Below are positions 10,173 to 21,151 of a stretch of 64,000 bases of DNA, piece after piece. The stretch's first letter is position 1. The number at the start of each line of letters is the position of its first letter. The notes below the pieces were generated by a model that saw only the letters and a list, made by a program, of their open reading frames with translations, was not told where the DNA came from and did not search any database. The position numbers and the translations under genes were made by a program. Source of the stretch: an uncultured Gemmatimonadaceae bacterium (GTDB lineage Bacteria > Gemmatimonadota > Gemmatimonadetes > Gemmatimonadales > Gemmatimonadaceae); contig CAVVTZ010000007.1 in assembly GCA_963751275.1 (NCBI GenBank), forward strand, positions 608,001-672,000. The letters are read 5' to 3'.

Positions 10173-11101
10173 CCATCAAGTCGATCGCGCTGGCCGCCCT
10201 CTTCCTGCTCGCCTTCGCCGCGGCGCCCGCCGTCGCGCAGGGCGGCGCCGAGCCGACGGCACCGTCGGCGGCCGAGGGCCCCGCGCCGGACATGATCACC
10301 CCGCACATCACCGACTCGCACCACCTCGAGTTCTTCGGGAGCGAGATCGAGCTGCCACGCTGGGCGCCGTTGCACGTCGGCGGCGTGACGGTGGACATGT
10401 CGCCCACGAAGCACGTGGTCATGCTGCTCATTGCGGCGTTCCTGAGCCTGGCGACACTGCTCTTCGCGGCCTTCGTGGGGGAGCGCCAGACGAAGAAGGC
10501 CGGCCACTTGTACGGATTCGCCGGCGTGATGGAGACGCTCGTGCTGTACATCCGGAATGAAGTGGCGCTGCCGAACGTCGGGCCGCATGGGGAGGGCTAC
10601 GCGCCGTTCGTGATCACGCTGTTCTTCTTCATTCTCTTCGCGAATCTCCTCGGGCTGATCCCGTACGGCGCGACGGCCACCGGGAACATCGCGGTGACGG
10701 CGACGCTGGCGCTCGTGACGTTCGTGGTGATCGAGGGCGCGACGATGGCGGCGCTGGGCAAGGATTATATCTGGACCATCCTGTACCGCCCGCCCGACAT
10801 GCCGCTCGCGATCAAGATCTTCATGGTCCCGATCATGACGGTCATCGAGATCGCGTCCAAGCTCACGAAGCCCTTCGCGCTCGCGATCCGGCTCTTCGCG
10901 AACATGACGGCGGGCCACATCGTGCTGCTCGCGATCATCAGCCTGATCTTCACCTTCCACAGCTGGATCATCGTGGGCGGACCGGTCGTGATGGGGATCG
11001 GCATCAGCATGCTGGAACTGTTCGTCGCATTCTTGCAGGCGTTCATCTTCGCGCTCCTCGCGAGCGTGTTCATCGGTCTGGGACGGCAAGCGGCACATTA
11101 G
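10169..11101 (+). CDS. atpB: F0F1 ATP synthase subunit a
   Basis: FANLLGLIP, KPFALAIRLFANMTAGH, ELFVAFLQAFIF. Confidence 0.96.
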   Translation: MTIKSIALAALFLLAFAAAPAVAQGGAEPTAPSAAEGPAPDMITPHITDSHHLEFFGSEIELPRWAPLHVGGVTVDMSPTKHVVMLLIAAFLSLATLLFAAFVGERQTKKAGHLYGFAGVMETLVLYIRNEVALPNVGPHGEGYAPFVITLFFFILFANLLGLIPYGATATGNIAVTATLALVTFVVIEGATMAALGKDYIWTILYRPPDMPLAIKIFMVPIMTVIEIASKLTKPFALAIRLFANMTAGHIVLLAIISLIFTFHSWIIVGGPVVMGIGISMLELFVAFLQAFIFALLASVFIGLGRQAAH

Positions 11102-11268
11102 GCGGCACGAGATGGCAGTTCGCCATTGGAGCGCGCACTACTCCAGGGGCGTCGTACCCGGTCGGGTGACCGGGGAAGCTCGTTGAGGCCCGGGCCTCGT
11201 TGACGAGCAGCGCCGGCGGTGTTGGCGCGGTGCATTGGCACTTCACGTTTCGACTTCAGGAGCACGAA

Positions 11269-11559
11269 ATGCATTCGATCCTTCCACTGCTGCAGGCGAC
11301 GGGGCAGGTCATGAGTCAGTTCGGCAAGGAGTACGCGAGCGCGTGGTCGATGATGGGCGCGGGTATCGGCGCGGGCGTCAGCATCATCGGCGCTGGCATC
11401 GGCATTGGCCGCATCGGCGGACAGGTCGCGGACGGCATGGCGCGCCAGCCGGAGCGCGCGGGTCAGATCCAGACCGCGGGCTTGATCTTCGCGGCACTCG
11501 TCGAGGGCGCGGCCCTCTTCGCGATCGTCATCTGCTTCCTGATCGTCAACAAGTTCTAG
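11269..11559 (+). CDS. atpE: F0F1 ATP synthase subunit c
   Basis: GAGIGIG...ARQPE...ALVEG; AGGAG RBS. Confidence 0.95.
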   Translation: MHSILPLLQATGQVMSQFGKEYASAWSMMGAGIGAGVSIIGAGIGIGRIGGQVADGMARQPERAGQIQTAGLIFAALVEGAALFAIVICFLIVNKF

Positions 11560-11621
11560 TCGGCTCACGGAGATCGGGCCCGGGCCCGTTCTCCAGCTCT
11601 CACTTCGCCGGGAATCGATCC

Positions 11622-12200
11622 ATGCGCACATCGTTCGGCACGCTGCTCGCCACACTGCTCGTCATCCTGCCGCTGGGCGCGCAGGGTGAGGCGCCGAAGG
11701 CCAATCTGCTGTCGCCCGAGCCGGGGCTGATGGTCTGGACGTTCGTGATCTTCATCCTGCTGTTCGGGATCCTCGCGAAGTTCGCATATCCGAAGATCCT
11801 GGGCGCGGTCGTCGCACGCGAGAAGGCGCTGTCCGACGCCCTCGCCTCCGCGAAGAAGGACCGCGAGGAGGCCGCCGCTCTCCTGGCCGAGCAGCAGAAG
11901 CAGCTCGCCGCCACGCGCGACGAGGCGCAGAAGATCATCGCCGACGGGCGCGCCGCGGGCGAGAAGGTGCGCGCCGGCGTGATCGAGCAGGCGAGCGCCG
12001 AGCAGCGGCAGATGCTCGAGCGCGCGAAGACCGAGATCGGCGCCGAGCGCGACCGCGCGATCGCGGAACTCCGCCGCGAGGCGGTGGAGCTCGCGATCAA
12101 GGGCGCGAGCAAGGTGATCGGCAAGAACCTGGACGACGCGACGAACCGGAAGATCGTGGATGACTTCCTCGGCTCGATCGCGCCGGCGAAGAAGAGCTGA
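11622..12200 (+). CDS. atpF: F0F1 ATP synthase subunit b
   Basis: PGLMVWT...LAKFAYP transmembrane segment followed by a charged coiled coil; operon position. Confidence 0.93.
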   Translation: MRTSFGTLLATLLVILPLGAQGEAPKANLLSPEPGLMVWTFVIFILLFGILAKFAYPKILGAVVAREKALSDALASAKKDREEAAALLAEQQKQLAATRDEAQKIIADGRAAGEKVRAGVIEQASAEQRQMLERAKTEIGAERDRAIAELRREAVELAIKGASKVIGKNLDDATNRKIVDDFLGSIAPAKKS

Positions 12201-12749
12201 TGCGCGAACCGACGGTCGCCCGCAATTACGCCGAGGTGTTGGTGAGCCTCGCGCAGGAAGCGAAGGATCTCGATGGCTTCGGCGCGGGGATGGACATGGT
12301 GGCGGACGCGTGCGCCGGCGACGCGCGGCTCAAGCAGTTCATGGAGACGCCGCGCGTGACCGCGAAGGAGAAGGCGACGATCGTCGCCAAGGCGTTCGAC
12401 GGCAAACTGCCGGCAAAGCTCGTGCGCTTCGTGGAGGCGGTGATCCGGAACCGCCGGCAGCATCTGCTCAGCGAGATCGCGATCGAGTATCACGGGATCG
12501 TGGATGCGCTCAGCGGCCGCGCGCACGCGCAGGTGCAGGTGGTGAGCGAGCCGAGCGACGCCGAGCGCGAAGTCGATCGCGAAGGAGCTGTCGCGGATCA
12601 CGGGGCTCACCGTGGTGCCGCACTTCTCGGTGCGGCCGCACATCCTGGGCGGCGTGATCGTGCGCATGGGCGACACCGTGATGGACGGTTCGCTGGCGAA
12701 GCGGCTGGCGTCGCTGCGCACGCGCATGCTGGGGACGGCGGCGCGGTAG
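12200..12749 (+). CDS. atpH: F1 ATP synthase subunit delta (frameshift near 12575)
   Basis: VARNYAE N-terminus; C-terminal PHILGGVIVRMGDTVMDGSL in a shifted frame ending at TAG 12749. Confidence 0.9.
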
Positions 12750-12779
12750 CTAGGGCGGCGCGGTGTCCGGTATCTTGAA

Positions 12780-12813
12780 GCGGCGCCCGGCAGTTCGGGC
12801 GCCGCGGTCGTTT
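12780..12813 (+). terminator. Hairpin / possible intrinsic terminator after atpH
   Basis: GCGGCGCCCG-N6-CGGGCGCCGC followed by GGTCGTTTT. Confidence 0.45.
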
Positions 12814-12830
12814 TCGCGAGGCGAGTGCCC

Positions 12831-15800
12831 ATGCTGCTGGTGAAGGCTGCGTTCCTCTTGCAGGCCACCGTGATGTCCACGACGCCGCCGTCGGGGGACA
12901 CCGTTGGTTATTGGCAGCAGAGCGCGTCGTACACGATCGTCGCGCGGCTGGACGAGCAGGCGCAGGCGGCGCGCGCGACCGGCGAGCTCGTGTACGTGAA
13001 CCATTCGCCGGACACGCTGCGCGAGATCTTCGTGTATCAGTATCTGAATGCGTTCCGTCCGGGCTCGCGGTGGAGCGCGGTCGACGAGCGCGAGGGACGC
13101 ACGCGATTTCAGAATCTGAAGGAGCCCGACTACGGGTACGAGCGGTTCACGGCGGCGCCGGTGGTGGACGGCACGCCCGTGACGCCGACCTATCCCGTTC
13201 GCGCCCGATTCGACGGTGGCGCGCATCGCGCTGCCGCACGCGCTCGCGCCCGGCGCGACGCTCACGGTGCACTTCGCGTGGGATGCGCGGCCGTCCGCGA
13301 CGGTCTATCGCCGGCAAGGACGCAAAGGCCGCCACTACGACTTCGCGCAGTGGTATCCGAAGGTCGCGGTGTACGACCGGCTCGGCTGGGAGATCAACGC
13401 GTTCGTGCCGGCGGGCGAGTTGTACGGCGAGTTCGGCACATTCGATGTCACGATCATCGCGAAGGACGACCAGGTGCTCGGCGCGACGGGCATTCCCGTG
13501 GAGGGCGACCCGGGCTGGGAGCGCGCGCTCAGGTGGGGCAGCGTGATGATCCGGCGCGACGCGTACGGTGCGCTGCCGCCGGCGCCGGCCGTGCGACTCG
13601 ACAGCGGCGAGCGCGCGGTGCGCTTCTACGCGCGCGACATCCATCACTTCGCGTGGACCGCGTCGCCCGACTATCGCTACGAGGGCGCGATGTACCGCGA
13701 CACGATCCCGGTGCACGTCCTCTACGAGCCGAGCGGCGAGAAGGGTTGGGGCCAGGGCGCAGCGATCGAGAAGGAGAAGCGCGCGCTCGCCTGGCTCGAA
13801 TCGATCTACGGTCCGTACGCCTACCCGCAAGTGCTGGGCACGCAGCGGATCGAGGGCGGTGCGACGGAGTTCCCGATGATGGTGATGTACGGGAGCACCG
13901 CACCGAGCCTCGGGCTCGTGCTGCATGAGACGGGGCACATCTACTCGTACGGGTTCCTGGCGAACAACGAGTGGCGCAGCGGTTGGATGGATGAGGGGCT
14001 CACGACGTATCAGACATCGTGGGCGCTGAACCAGACGCCGCAGGAGCGCGCGTTGGGGCTGGGTCCCAAGGACCCGCCGCCGCCCACTGGATATCGCGCG
14101 CACGCGGTGCGCCCGCCGCGGTGGCAGCAGAACGAGATCGACGAGTTCGCGCTCGTGCTCACGGGGCGCGCGGAGCCGATCGGCACGCCGGGACCCGCGT
14201 TCAACGAGTTCGGGGTCTACCAGGACATGGTGTACTCGCGCGCATCGATGATGTACAGCGCGCTGCGGGCGCAGCTCGGCGACAGCGTGTTCCGTCTCTT
14301 CCTGAAGGACTACTACGCGACGTGGAAGCTGAAACACGTCGATGAGTTCGCGATGCAGAAGAGCGCGGAGCGAATGTCCGGGAAGAAGCTGGCGTGGTTC
14401 TTCAGGCAGTGGGTGCACAGCACGGGTCTCGTGGACTACTCGCTGAGCGATGTGCGCTTGGACTCCGGTGCCACCTGGCGCGAGACGGGTCTCGTGGAGC
14501 AGCGGGGCAGCTACCGTGGTGCGTTGAGGGTGGGATATGAGGGGGACAGCGCCATGCTGTCTGTGAAGTGGGACTCGTCGGGGCGCGTGGCGGAACTCAT
14601 CGGCACCGCCAGTGGCGCGCGCCCGAGCTCGCTTCGCCTCGATCCCACGCACGTGACCGGCGACTGGGATTCGCGGAACGACAACGAGCCCGATCCCACG
14701 AAGGTCGTCTTCGGCTGGCCCTTTCTCGATCAATGGGACCGCTACCGCAACATCGCCGCGATCAGCCCGCAGGTCTGGTACACGGGACCCGGCGGGCTCA
14801 CCGTGGGCGCGCGTGTGCGATCGAACTACCAGAAGCAGGTGGATCTCTGGGATGTGGGACTCGTGATGGCCGTGCGTGGCCCCGATCTCTCTGCGATCAC
14901 GCAGGTGCAGGGTTGGGCCTCGGTGGAGAATCCGCGACTCCCTTGGGCGGATCAGCCGTCGATGGGATTGCGCACGGGCCTCTGGATGGTGGACGGCACC
15001 TTCCGCTTCACGCTGCGGCAGAAATGGGACGAGAGTCCATTCCGCTTCGCGAACGGCCGCCAGGATACGCTCACCTTCGCGTTCAATCTCACGTCGCCGT
15101 ACGACCGCGCGTGGCAGGACACGCTGCGCTGGAGCAACGCCACGGTAGCGGACCTGAGCGCCGAGTGGAAGTGGCGGTCGCGGAAACCGGCGCTCTGGTT
15201 CGCGCGCGCGTACATGGACGGCGGCATCGCATTCGCGCGCGCCGGCACGCCGGGCGAAGGCGCCTTCGGCCGCGCCGAGATCGAGGGGGGCGGCACGATC
15301 CCGCTCAATGCATCGGGGCGCTTCGCGCTCATGGTGCGTGGCTTCGGCGGCATCTCGAATGCCACGCCGCCCGAACGGTCGATCGGGCTCTCCTCGCTCG
15401 ACCCGACGGCGACGTTCGACAACAACTTCCTGCGCGGGCAGGACGCCATTCTCGTGCTGCCCGACGTCCCCTACGTGCCGCTCGGCGGCGCGGGGATGCG
15501 CGGGTTCTCGCTCTACAATTTCATGGTGAACGTCATCTCGCTGAACACGCAGGTCGCGTACGCGATCACGCTGCCCAAGCCGGGATCGCTCGTGCCCGGA
15601 CTGCAAGCGGCGCTCTTCGGCGACATCGCGAACGGCGCGCCGCTCGGCCAGACCACCACGTTGAAGTATGGGTATCTTGATGGCGGCGCGAGCGCCATCC
15701 TTCGCGGCGCGCTGTACGACCGCAGCTACGTGCTGCGGCTCGATGTACCGGTGTTCATGAACCGCCCGCAAGACGCTCCCGGCCGCGAGGCCGGCAGCGA

Positions 15801-15846
15801 ACAAGTGAAATTCCGTTGGACCTTCACCGTGGGAGATCTCTGGTGA
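12831..15846 (+). CDS. M1 family metallopeptidase with long C-terminal beta-rich (barrel-like) extension (frameshift near 13200)
   Basis: YWQQ N-terminal motif, QWYPK, GATEFP, HETGH...E (WMDEGL); C-terminus FRWTFTVGDLW. Confidence 0.85.
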
Positions 15847-16227
15847 GCGGACCCGCCGATGTGAAACGCGTCTCGAAGCCGTGGGGCTACGAGATCATCT
15901 GGGCGCACACCGACCGCTACGTGGGGAAGATCCTCCACATCAACGCCGGCCACGCGCTCTCGGTACAGTATCACGAGCGCAAGGATGAAACCGTCTACCT
16001 GCTGCGCGGCGAGCTCAGCTACCGCGTGAAGGTCGGCGAGGAGATGACCGACGTGCGCCTGAAGGCACGGCGACGCGTACCGGATCACGCCGAACACGAT
16101 CCACTACATGGAAGCGATCACCGACTGCGACGTGCTCGAGGCGAGCACCCGCGATCTCGACGACGTCGGTGCGGGAGCCTGCACCGACCGCTACGGGACG
16201 CGCGAGGGGACGAGCGCGGCTGCGTGA
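15843..16227 (+). CDS. Cupin (mannose-6-phosphate isomerase type II-like) protein, frameshifted
   Basis: KPWGYE, LSVQYHERKDET; later HYMEAITDCDVLEAST in another frame. Confidence 0.75.
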
Positions 16228-17214
16228 AGGTGATCATCCCGCTCGCGGGCAAGGGCACGCGCCTCCGCCCGCACACGCACACCACGCCCAAGCCGATGCT
16301 GCGCGTCGCCGGCAAGCCGGTGATGGAATACATCCTCGACGATCTCGAGAGCTCGGCGGCGTCGAAGCAGATCGTCTACATCACCGGGCACTTGAAGGAG
16401 ACGGTGGAGAAGTACGTGCGCGAGGCGCGCGCTTCCCCGGCGTCGTTCGTGGAGCAGGTGGTGCAGAACGGCACGGCGAGCGCGGTCGAGCTGGCGCGAT
16501 CGCGTTCGTGGACCAGCCGGTGCTGATCATCTTCGTGGACACGATCTTCGACGCGGACCTGTCGATCATCAACCGCACCGATGCCGACGGGATCATCTGG
16601 ACCAAGGAGGTCGAGGATTACCAGCGCTTCGGCGTGGTGGTGACCGACGCGCGCGGCAACATGACGCAGATCATCGAGAAGCCGAGCACGCCGGTGTCGA
16701 AGCGCGCGAACATCGGGCTGTACTACATCCGGAATTGGAAGCTGCTCTATCGAGGGGATCGCCGAGATCATGCGGCGGCCCGCCGAACAAGGGCGAGTAC
16801 TATCTGACCGATGCGTTCCAGTACATGATCGACCACGGCGCGAAGCTGAAGGTGGTGGACGTGGGCGGATGGTATGACGCCGGGAAGCTCGATACGCTGC
16901 TCGACACGAACCGCGTGATGCTGGAGAAGGGGCGCGCGCGGCGGCCCGCGTCGGTGCCCGCGGGATCGAAGGTCATCGACCCGGTCTATCTCGAGGATGG
17001 CGTGGTGCTGCGCAACGCGACGGTGGGGCCCAATGTATCGGTGAGCGCGGGCTCGGTGCTCGAGAAGTCCACCGTGCGCGACTCGATCATCGGCGCGGGC
17101 GCGAAGATCGTGGATTGCGCGCTCCACGATTCGATGGTGGGCGATGGGGCGGTGCTCGTTAATGTTCGCGGAGCGGTGAGCGTGGGCGACCACGGCGAGG
17201 TTCACGGGGAGTAG
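16224..17214 (+). CDS. Sugar-phosphate nucleotidyltransferase with C-terminal hexapeptide repeats (frameshifted)
   Basis: IIPLAGKGTRLRPHT..PKPML, FGVVV...IIEKP, GEYYLTDAF, WYDAGK. Confidence 0.88.
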
Positions 17215-17247
17215 CGGCCGGTGTGAACCGGCATACATTCACACCCA

Positions 17248-18498
17248 ATGCAGGAACGCGATCTCATTCACGACTGGAACGCCGCGCCTGGCGGCTTCGA
17301 TTGGAGCGCCTGCCGCGTCGAGCTGAACGACGAGACACTGCGCGATGGCTTGCAGTGCCCATCGGTCACGGATCCCGACATCGAGAGCAAGAAGCAGCTG
17401 TTGCACCTGATGGTCGCGCTCGGCATCGCCAGCGCGGACATCGGCTTGCCCGGCGCCGGCCCGCGCGCCGCCGCCGATACGCTCGAACTCGCGCAGGAGA
17501 TCGTCCGCGCGAATCTGCCCCTCTCACCGAACTGCGCCGCGCGCACGATGAAGGCGGACGTCGAGCCCGTCGCGCGGATCTCGCAGGCCGCCGGCATCGC
17601 CATCGAGTGCGCCACCTTCATCGGCTCGTCGCCCATCCGCCAGTACGCCGAGGACTGGACGCTCGACGACCTGCTGCGCACGAGCGAGGCCGCGGTGCTG
17701 CTCGCGGTGAAGGAAGGGCTGCCGGTGATGTTCGTCACGGAGGACACGACCCGCGCCGACCCCGAGACGCTGCGCGCCCTCTACGGGAACGCGATCCGCT
17801 GGGGCGCGCGCCGGCTCTGCCTCGCCGACACCGTCGGCCATGCGACGCCCGACGGCGTGCGCGCGCTCGTGCGGTTCGTGAAGAACGAGATCATCGAGCC
17901 GAGCGGCGAGCAGGTGAAGCTCGACTGGCACGGACACCGCGACCGCGGATTCGGGCTGGCCAATTGCTTCGCCGCGATCGAGGCGGGAGCGGACCGCGTG
18001 CACGGCACGGCGCTCGGCGTCGGCGAGCGGGTGGGCAACGCCGAGATGGACCTGCTGCTGATCAATCTGAATCTGCTGGGCGCGCACCGGCACGACCTGA
18101 GCCGGCTGCCGGAGTACGCGCGCCTCGCATCGGAGGCGCTCGGGATCCCGATCCCGCCCGGCTACCCCGTGCTCGGCGAGGATGCGTTCCGTACGGGGAC
18201 GGGCGTGCACGCGGCGGCGATCATCAAGGCGCGCAAGAAGGGACACGCGTGGCTCGCGGACCGGATCTACTCTGGCGTGCCCGCGGGCGATTTCGGATTG
18301 TCGCAGCGCATCGAGGTGTCGCACGTGTCGGGGCTGTCGAACGTGAAGTGGTGGCTGGAGACGCACGGCCACGATGCCGGCGACGCGGCGCTGTGCCAGC
18401 GGCTCTTGGACGCGGCGAAGCAAACGCACCGCACGCTGCGCGACGACGAGCTCGAAGCGCTCGTGGCGGCGCACGCGCGGCAGCCGGCGGCCACATGA
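17248..18498 (+). CDS. DRE-TIM metallolyase (2-isopropylmalate/homocitrate/citramalate synthase family) without regulatory domain
   Basis: DETLRDGLQ, LADTVG, HGHRDRG, GVGERVGN, GVHAAAI. Confidence 0.85.
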   Translation: MQERDLIHDWNAAPGGFDWSACRVELNDETLRDGLQCPSVTDPDIESKKQLLHLMVALGIASADIGLPGAGPRAAADTLELAQEIVRANLPLSPNCAARTMKADVEPVARISQAAGIAIECATFIGSSPIRQYAEDWTLDDLLRTSEAAVLLAVKEGLPVMFVTEDTTRADPETLRALYGNAIRWGARRLCLADTVGHATPDGVRALVRFVKNEIIEPSGEQVKLDWHGHRDRGFGLANCFAAIEAGADRVHGTALGVGERVGNAEMDLLLINLNLLGAHRHDLSRLPEYARLASEALGIPIPPGYPVLGEDAFRTGTGVHAAAIIKARKKGHAWLADRIYSGVPAGDFGLSQRIEVSHVSGLSNVKWWLETHGHDAGDAALCQRLLDAAKQTHRTLRDDELEALVAAHARQPAAT

Positions 18499-20078
18499 AC
18501 GAGGCGCTCGACAAGATCCTCAACGGCTATCTCGACCTCCGCTGGGCGATGAACCCGGTGGAGGCGACGTATCATGGCCGTCACGAGCGCGACGGAGAGT
18601 ACGCGCGCTGGGACACCGCCTCGGTGCTGCAGCACATCGCGGCGCTCAAGGCGTACGAGCACGCGCTGGAGGAGGTCGATCCCGGCAGTCTGGACGATGA
18701 GATCGACCGCACGGCATCGCTGCAGGCCGTGCGGCACGAGATCCTGGTGCTCGATCTCGAGCGGCCGTTCGAGCGGAATCCGGGTTACCACCTGTCGCAC
18801 GCGCTGAACGGATTGTATCTGCTGCTCGCGCGTTCGGCGTCGGATCCGGCGCAGCGCGGGCGTGCGCTGGTGGCGCGGCTGGAGGCGCTGCCGGCCTTCC
18901 TCGAGCGCGCCGCGAAGACGGTGAAGCGACCCGACGCGAGTTTCGTGGAGATGGCGCGCGCAATGCTGCCCGGCGGCGCGGTGCTCGTGCGGCAGGCGAC
19001 CGACGCGGCGGCGCTCGCGGTGGCGTTCGATGCCGAGGTGGTGCGGCAGACGGCACTCGACGCGCTCGTGAAATTCGGCGACGCGATGGTGGTCATGCAG
19101 GAGAAGGCCGGCTCGACGTACGCGATCGGCCGCGAGCTGTTCGACCGCAAGCTCCAGACCTGGCATTTGCTCAGCGAGAACGCGGACCAGCTCTACCGCT
19201 TCGGCGAGCGGCTGCGCGCGGAGGCGATGGCGGAGCTCGAGCGGCGGGCGCAAGAGCTGCGCCCGGGCTCCACGTGGCGCGACGTGGTGCTCGAGCTGCG
19301 CAAGGACCGTCCGGCGCGCGACCAGGCGCTGGCGGAGTACGCGGCCGCGATGAGCAGCGCGCGCGATTTCGCGGCGAAGCGCGCGCTGGTGAAGGTGCCC
19401 GGCGCGGAGCTGGCGGTGATCGAGACGCCGGAGTTCCTGCGCGCGCTCGTGCCGTACGCCGCGTACCAGGGACCGGGCGCGTTCGATTCCGACCAGCGCG
19501 GATTGTTCTTCGTCACGCTGCCGCCGAAGGGGGAGCCGTGGCGCTCGGATTGCCGCGCGGAGCTGCCGAACACCGCGGTGCACGAGGGCTATCCGGGGCA
19601 TCACCTGCAGATCGTCACGGGGAATTCGCTGCCGCGGAACGTGCGGCGGATCCTCTCGACGCCGGCGACGCGCGAGGGCTGGGCGCTGTACTGCGAGACG
19701 CTGATGGCGGATGAAGGATTCCTCGAGCCGCCGCAGCGCTTCTTCCAGGCGCATCATCTGCTCTGGCGCGCGCTGCGCATCATCATCGACGTGTCGCTGC
19801 ACACGCGCGGCATGACGTGGCAGGAGGCGTCGAAGATGCTGCAAGATGAGCTGGGCTTCGATGTCCGCCTGGCCGACGCGGAGGCGCGGCGCTACTGCGC
19901 GTATCCCACGTACCAGCTCTGCTACGCGGTGGGCCGTCGCGAGATCCTGCAGCTGCGCGACGACGCGCGTAAATCTCGCGGCGCGAAGTTCTCGCTCAGC
20001 GGCTTCCACAACGAATTGCTCGCCTACGGATCGTATCCCACGGCGCTCGCGCGCTGGGGGATGGGACTCTCGCAATGA
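18495..20078 (+). CDS. DUF885 family protein (putative metallopeptidase-like)
   Basis: HEGYPGHHLQ, EGWALYCE, RALRIIIDVSLH, PTYQLCY. Confidence 0.85.
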   Translation: MNEALDKILNGYLDLRWAMNPVEATYHGRHERDGEYARWDTASVLQHIAALKAYEHALEEVDPGSLDDEIDRTASLQAVRHEILVLDLERPFERNPGYHLSHALNGLYLLLARSASDPAQRGRALVARLEALPAFLERAAKTVKRPDASFVEMARAMLPGGAVLVRQATDAAALAVAFDAEVVRQTALDALVKFGDAMVVMQEKAGSTYAIGRELFDRKLQTWHLLSENADQLYRFGERLRAEAMAELERRAQELRPGSTWRDVVLELRKDRPARDQALAEYAAAMSSARDFAAKRALVKVPGAELAVIETPEFLRALVPYAAYQGPGAFDSDQRGLFFVTLPPKGEPWRSDCRAELPNTAVHEGYPGHHLQIVTGNSLPRNVRRILSTPATREGWALYCETLMADEGFLEPPQRFFQAHHLLWRALRIIIDVSLHTRGMTWQEASKMLQDELGFDVRLADAEARRYCAYPTYQLCYAVGRREILQLRDDARKSRGAKFSLSGFHNELLAYGSYPTALARWGMGLSQ

Positions 20079-21151
20079 TCAGGCGCGCGCGCGCGGCCAC
20101 GCTCGCGATGCTGGTCTTCGCCGCCTGCTCGCCGAACGGCGATGCGAGCGGGGACAGCACGGCGGTGGCGAAGCCGCACGTCGCGCGGTCGCTGCTGGGC
20201 GGAGGACCCTATCTCTACGTGAGCGATGAGGACGGGAACTCCGTCGCGGTGATCGATGTGAAAGCGGAGTCGGTGGTCGCCTCAATGGCGCCTGGCCGCC
20301 GGCCGCGCGGCGTGCGCGTGAGTCCCGATGGCAGCACGCTGATCGTCGCCGTGAGCGGCTCGCCCAAGGGCGGCCCGGGCGTGGACGAGAGCAAACTGCC
20401 CCCGGCCGACCACCGGCGCGACGGGATCGCGCTCATGGACCTCACGCGGCGCGTGCTGCGCAAGACGCTGCAAGGCGGCATCGATCCCGAGAATTTCGAC
20501 GTGAGTCAGGACGGCAAGACGATCTATGTCGCGAACGAGGACGCGAGCGCCGTCACGGTGCTGGACGTCGTGAGCAGCAAGCCGGTGGCGACGATCCCCG
20601 TGGGGCGCGAGCCCGAGGGGGTCACGATCAGCCCCGACAGCGATGAGGTCTACGTCACGAACGAGGCGGACGGCACGATCAGCGTCATCGCGACGGACTC
20701 GCGCGTGGTGATCGCCACGATCGGGGTCGGGAAGCGCCCGCGCTCGGTCACGTTCTCGCTCGACGGCTCCAAGGCGTACGTCGCGAACGAAGAGGGGAGC
20801 AGCGTGAGCGTCATCGATACCGACGACCGCCGCGTGAAGAAGACGATCATGCTCATCGGCCCGAACGTGCGCCCCATGGGCACGGCGCTCTCGCCCGATG
20901 GCACGAAGCTCTACGTCACCACGGGCCGCGGCGGCACGCTGGTCGTGATCGACACCAAGACCGACAGCGCCATCGGATCGGTGGCCGCCGGCAGGCGGCC
21001 ATGGGGCGTGGCCGTCTCCGGGGACGGAACGCGCATCTACACGGCGAACGGACCGTCCAACGATGTGTCAGTGATCGATGCCGCAACGCTCACGGTGGTG
21101 CGCCGCATTCCCGCCGGGAGCATGCCGTGGGGCGTCGCCCTCTCGAAGTAG
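20075..21151 (+). CDS. YVTN-repeat beta-propeller lipoprotein
   Basis: FAAC lipobox; repeated YV(T/A)NE..SVSVID and PxGV units. Confidence 0.85.
   Translation: MIRRARAATLAMLVFAACSPNGDASGDSTAVAKPHVARSLLGGGPYLYVSDEDGNSVAVIDVKAESVVASMAPGRRPRGVRVSPDGSTLIVAVSGSPKGGPGVDESKLPPADHRRDGIALMDLTRRVLRKTLQGGIDPENFDVSQDGKTIYVANEDASAVTVLDVVSSKPVATIPVGREPEGVTISPDSDEVYVTNEADGTISVIATDSRVVIATIGVGKRPRSVTFSLDGSKAYVANEEGSSVSVIDTDDRRVKKTIMLIGPNVRPMGTALSPDGTKLYVTTGRGGTLVVIDTKTDSAIGSVAAGRRPWGVAVSGDGTRIYTANGPSNDVSVIDAATLTVVRRIPAGSMPWGVALSK

Noticed and set aside
17223..20078. 951-aa ORF suggesting a long fusion protein
   Set aside because: The N-terminal part is an off-frame shadow of the LeuA-family gene; the real DUF885 gene starts at ATG 18495.
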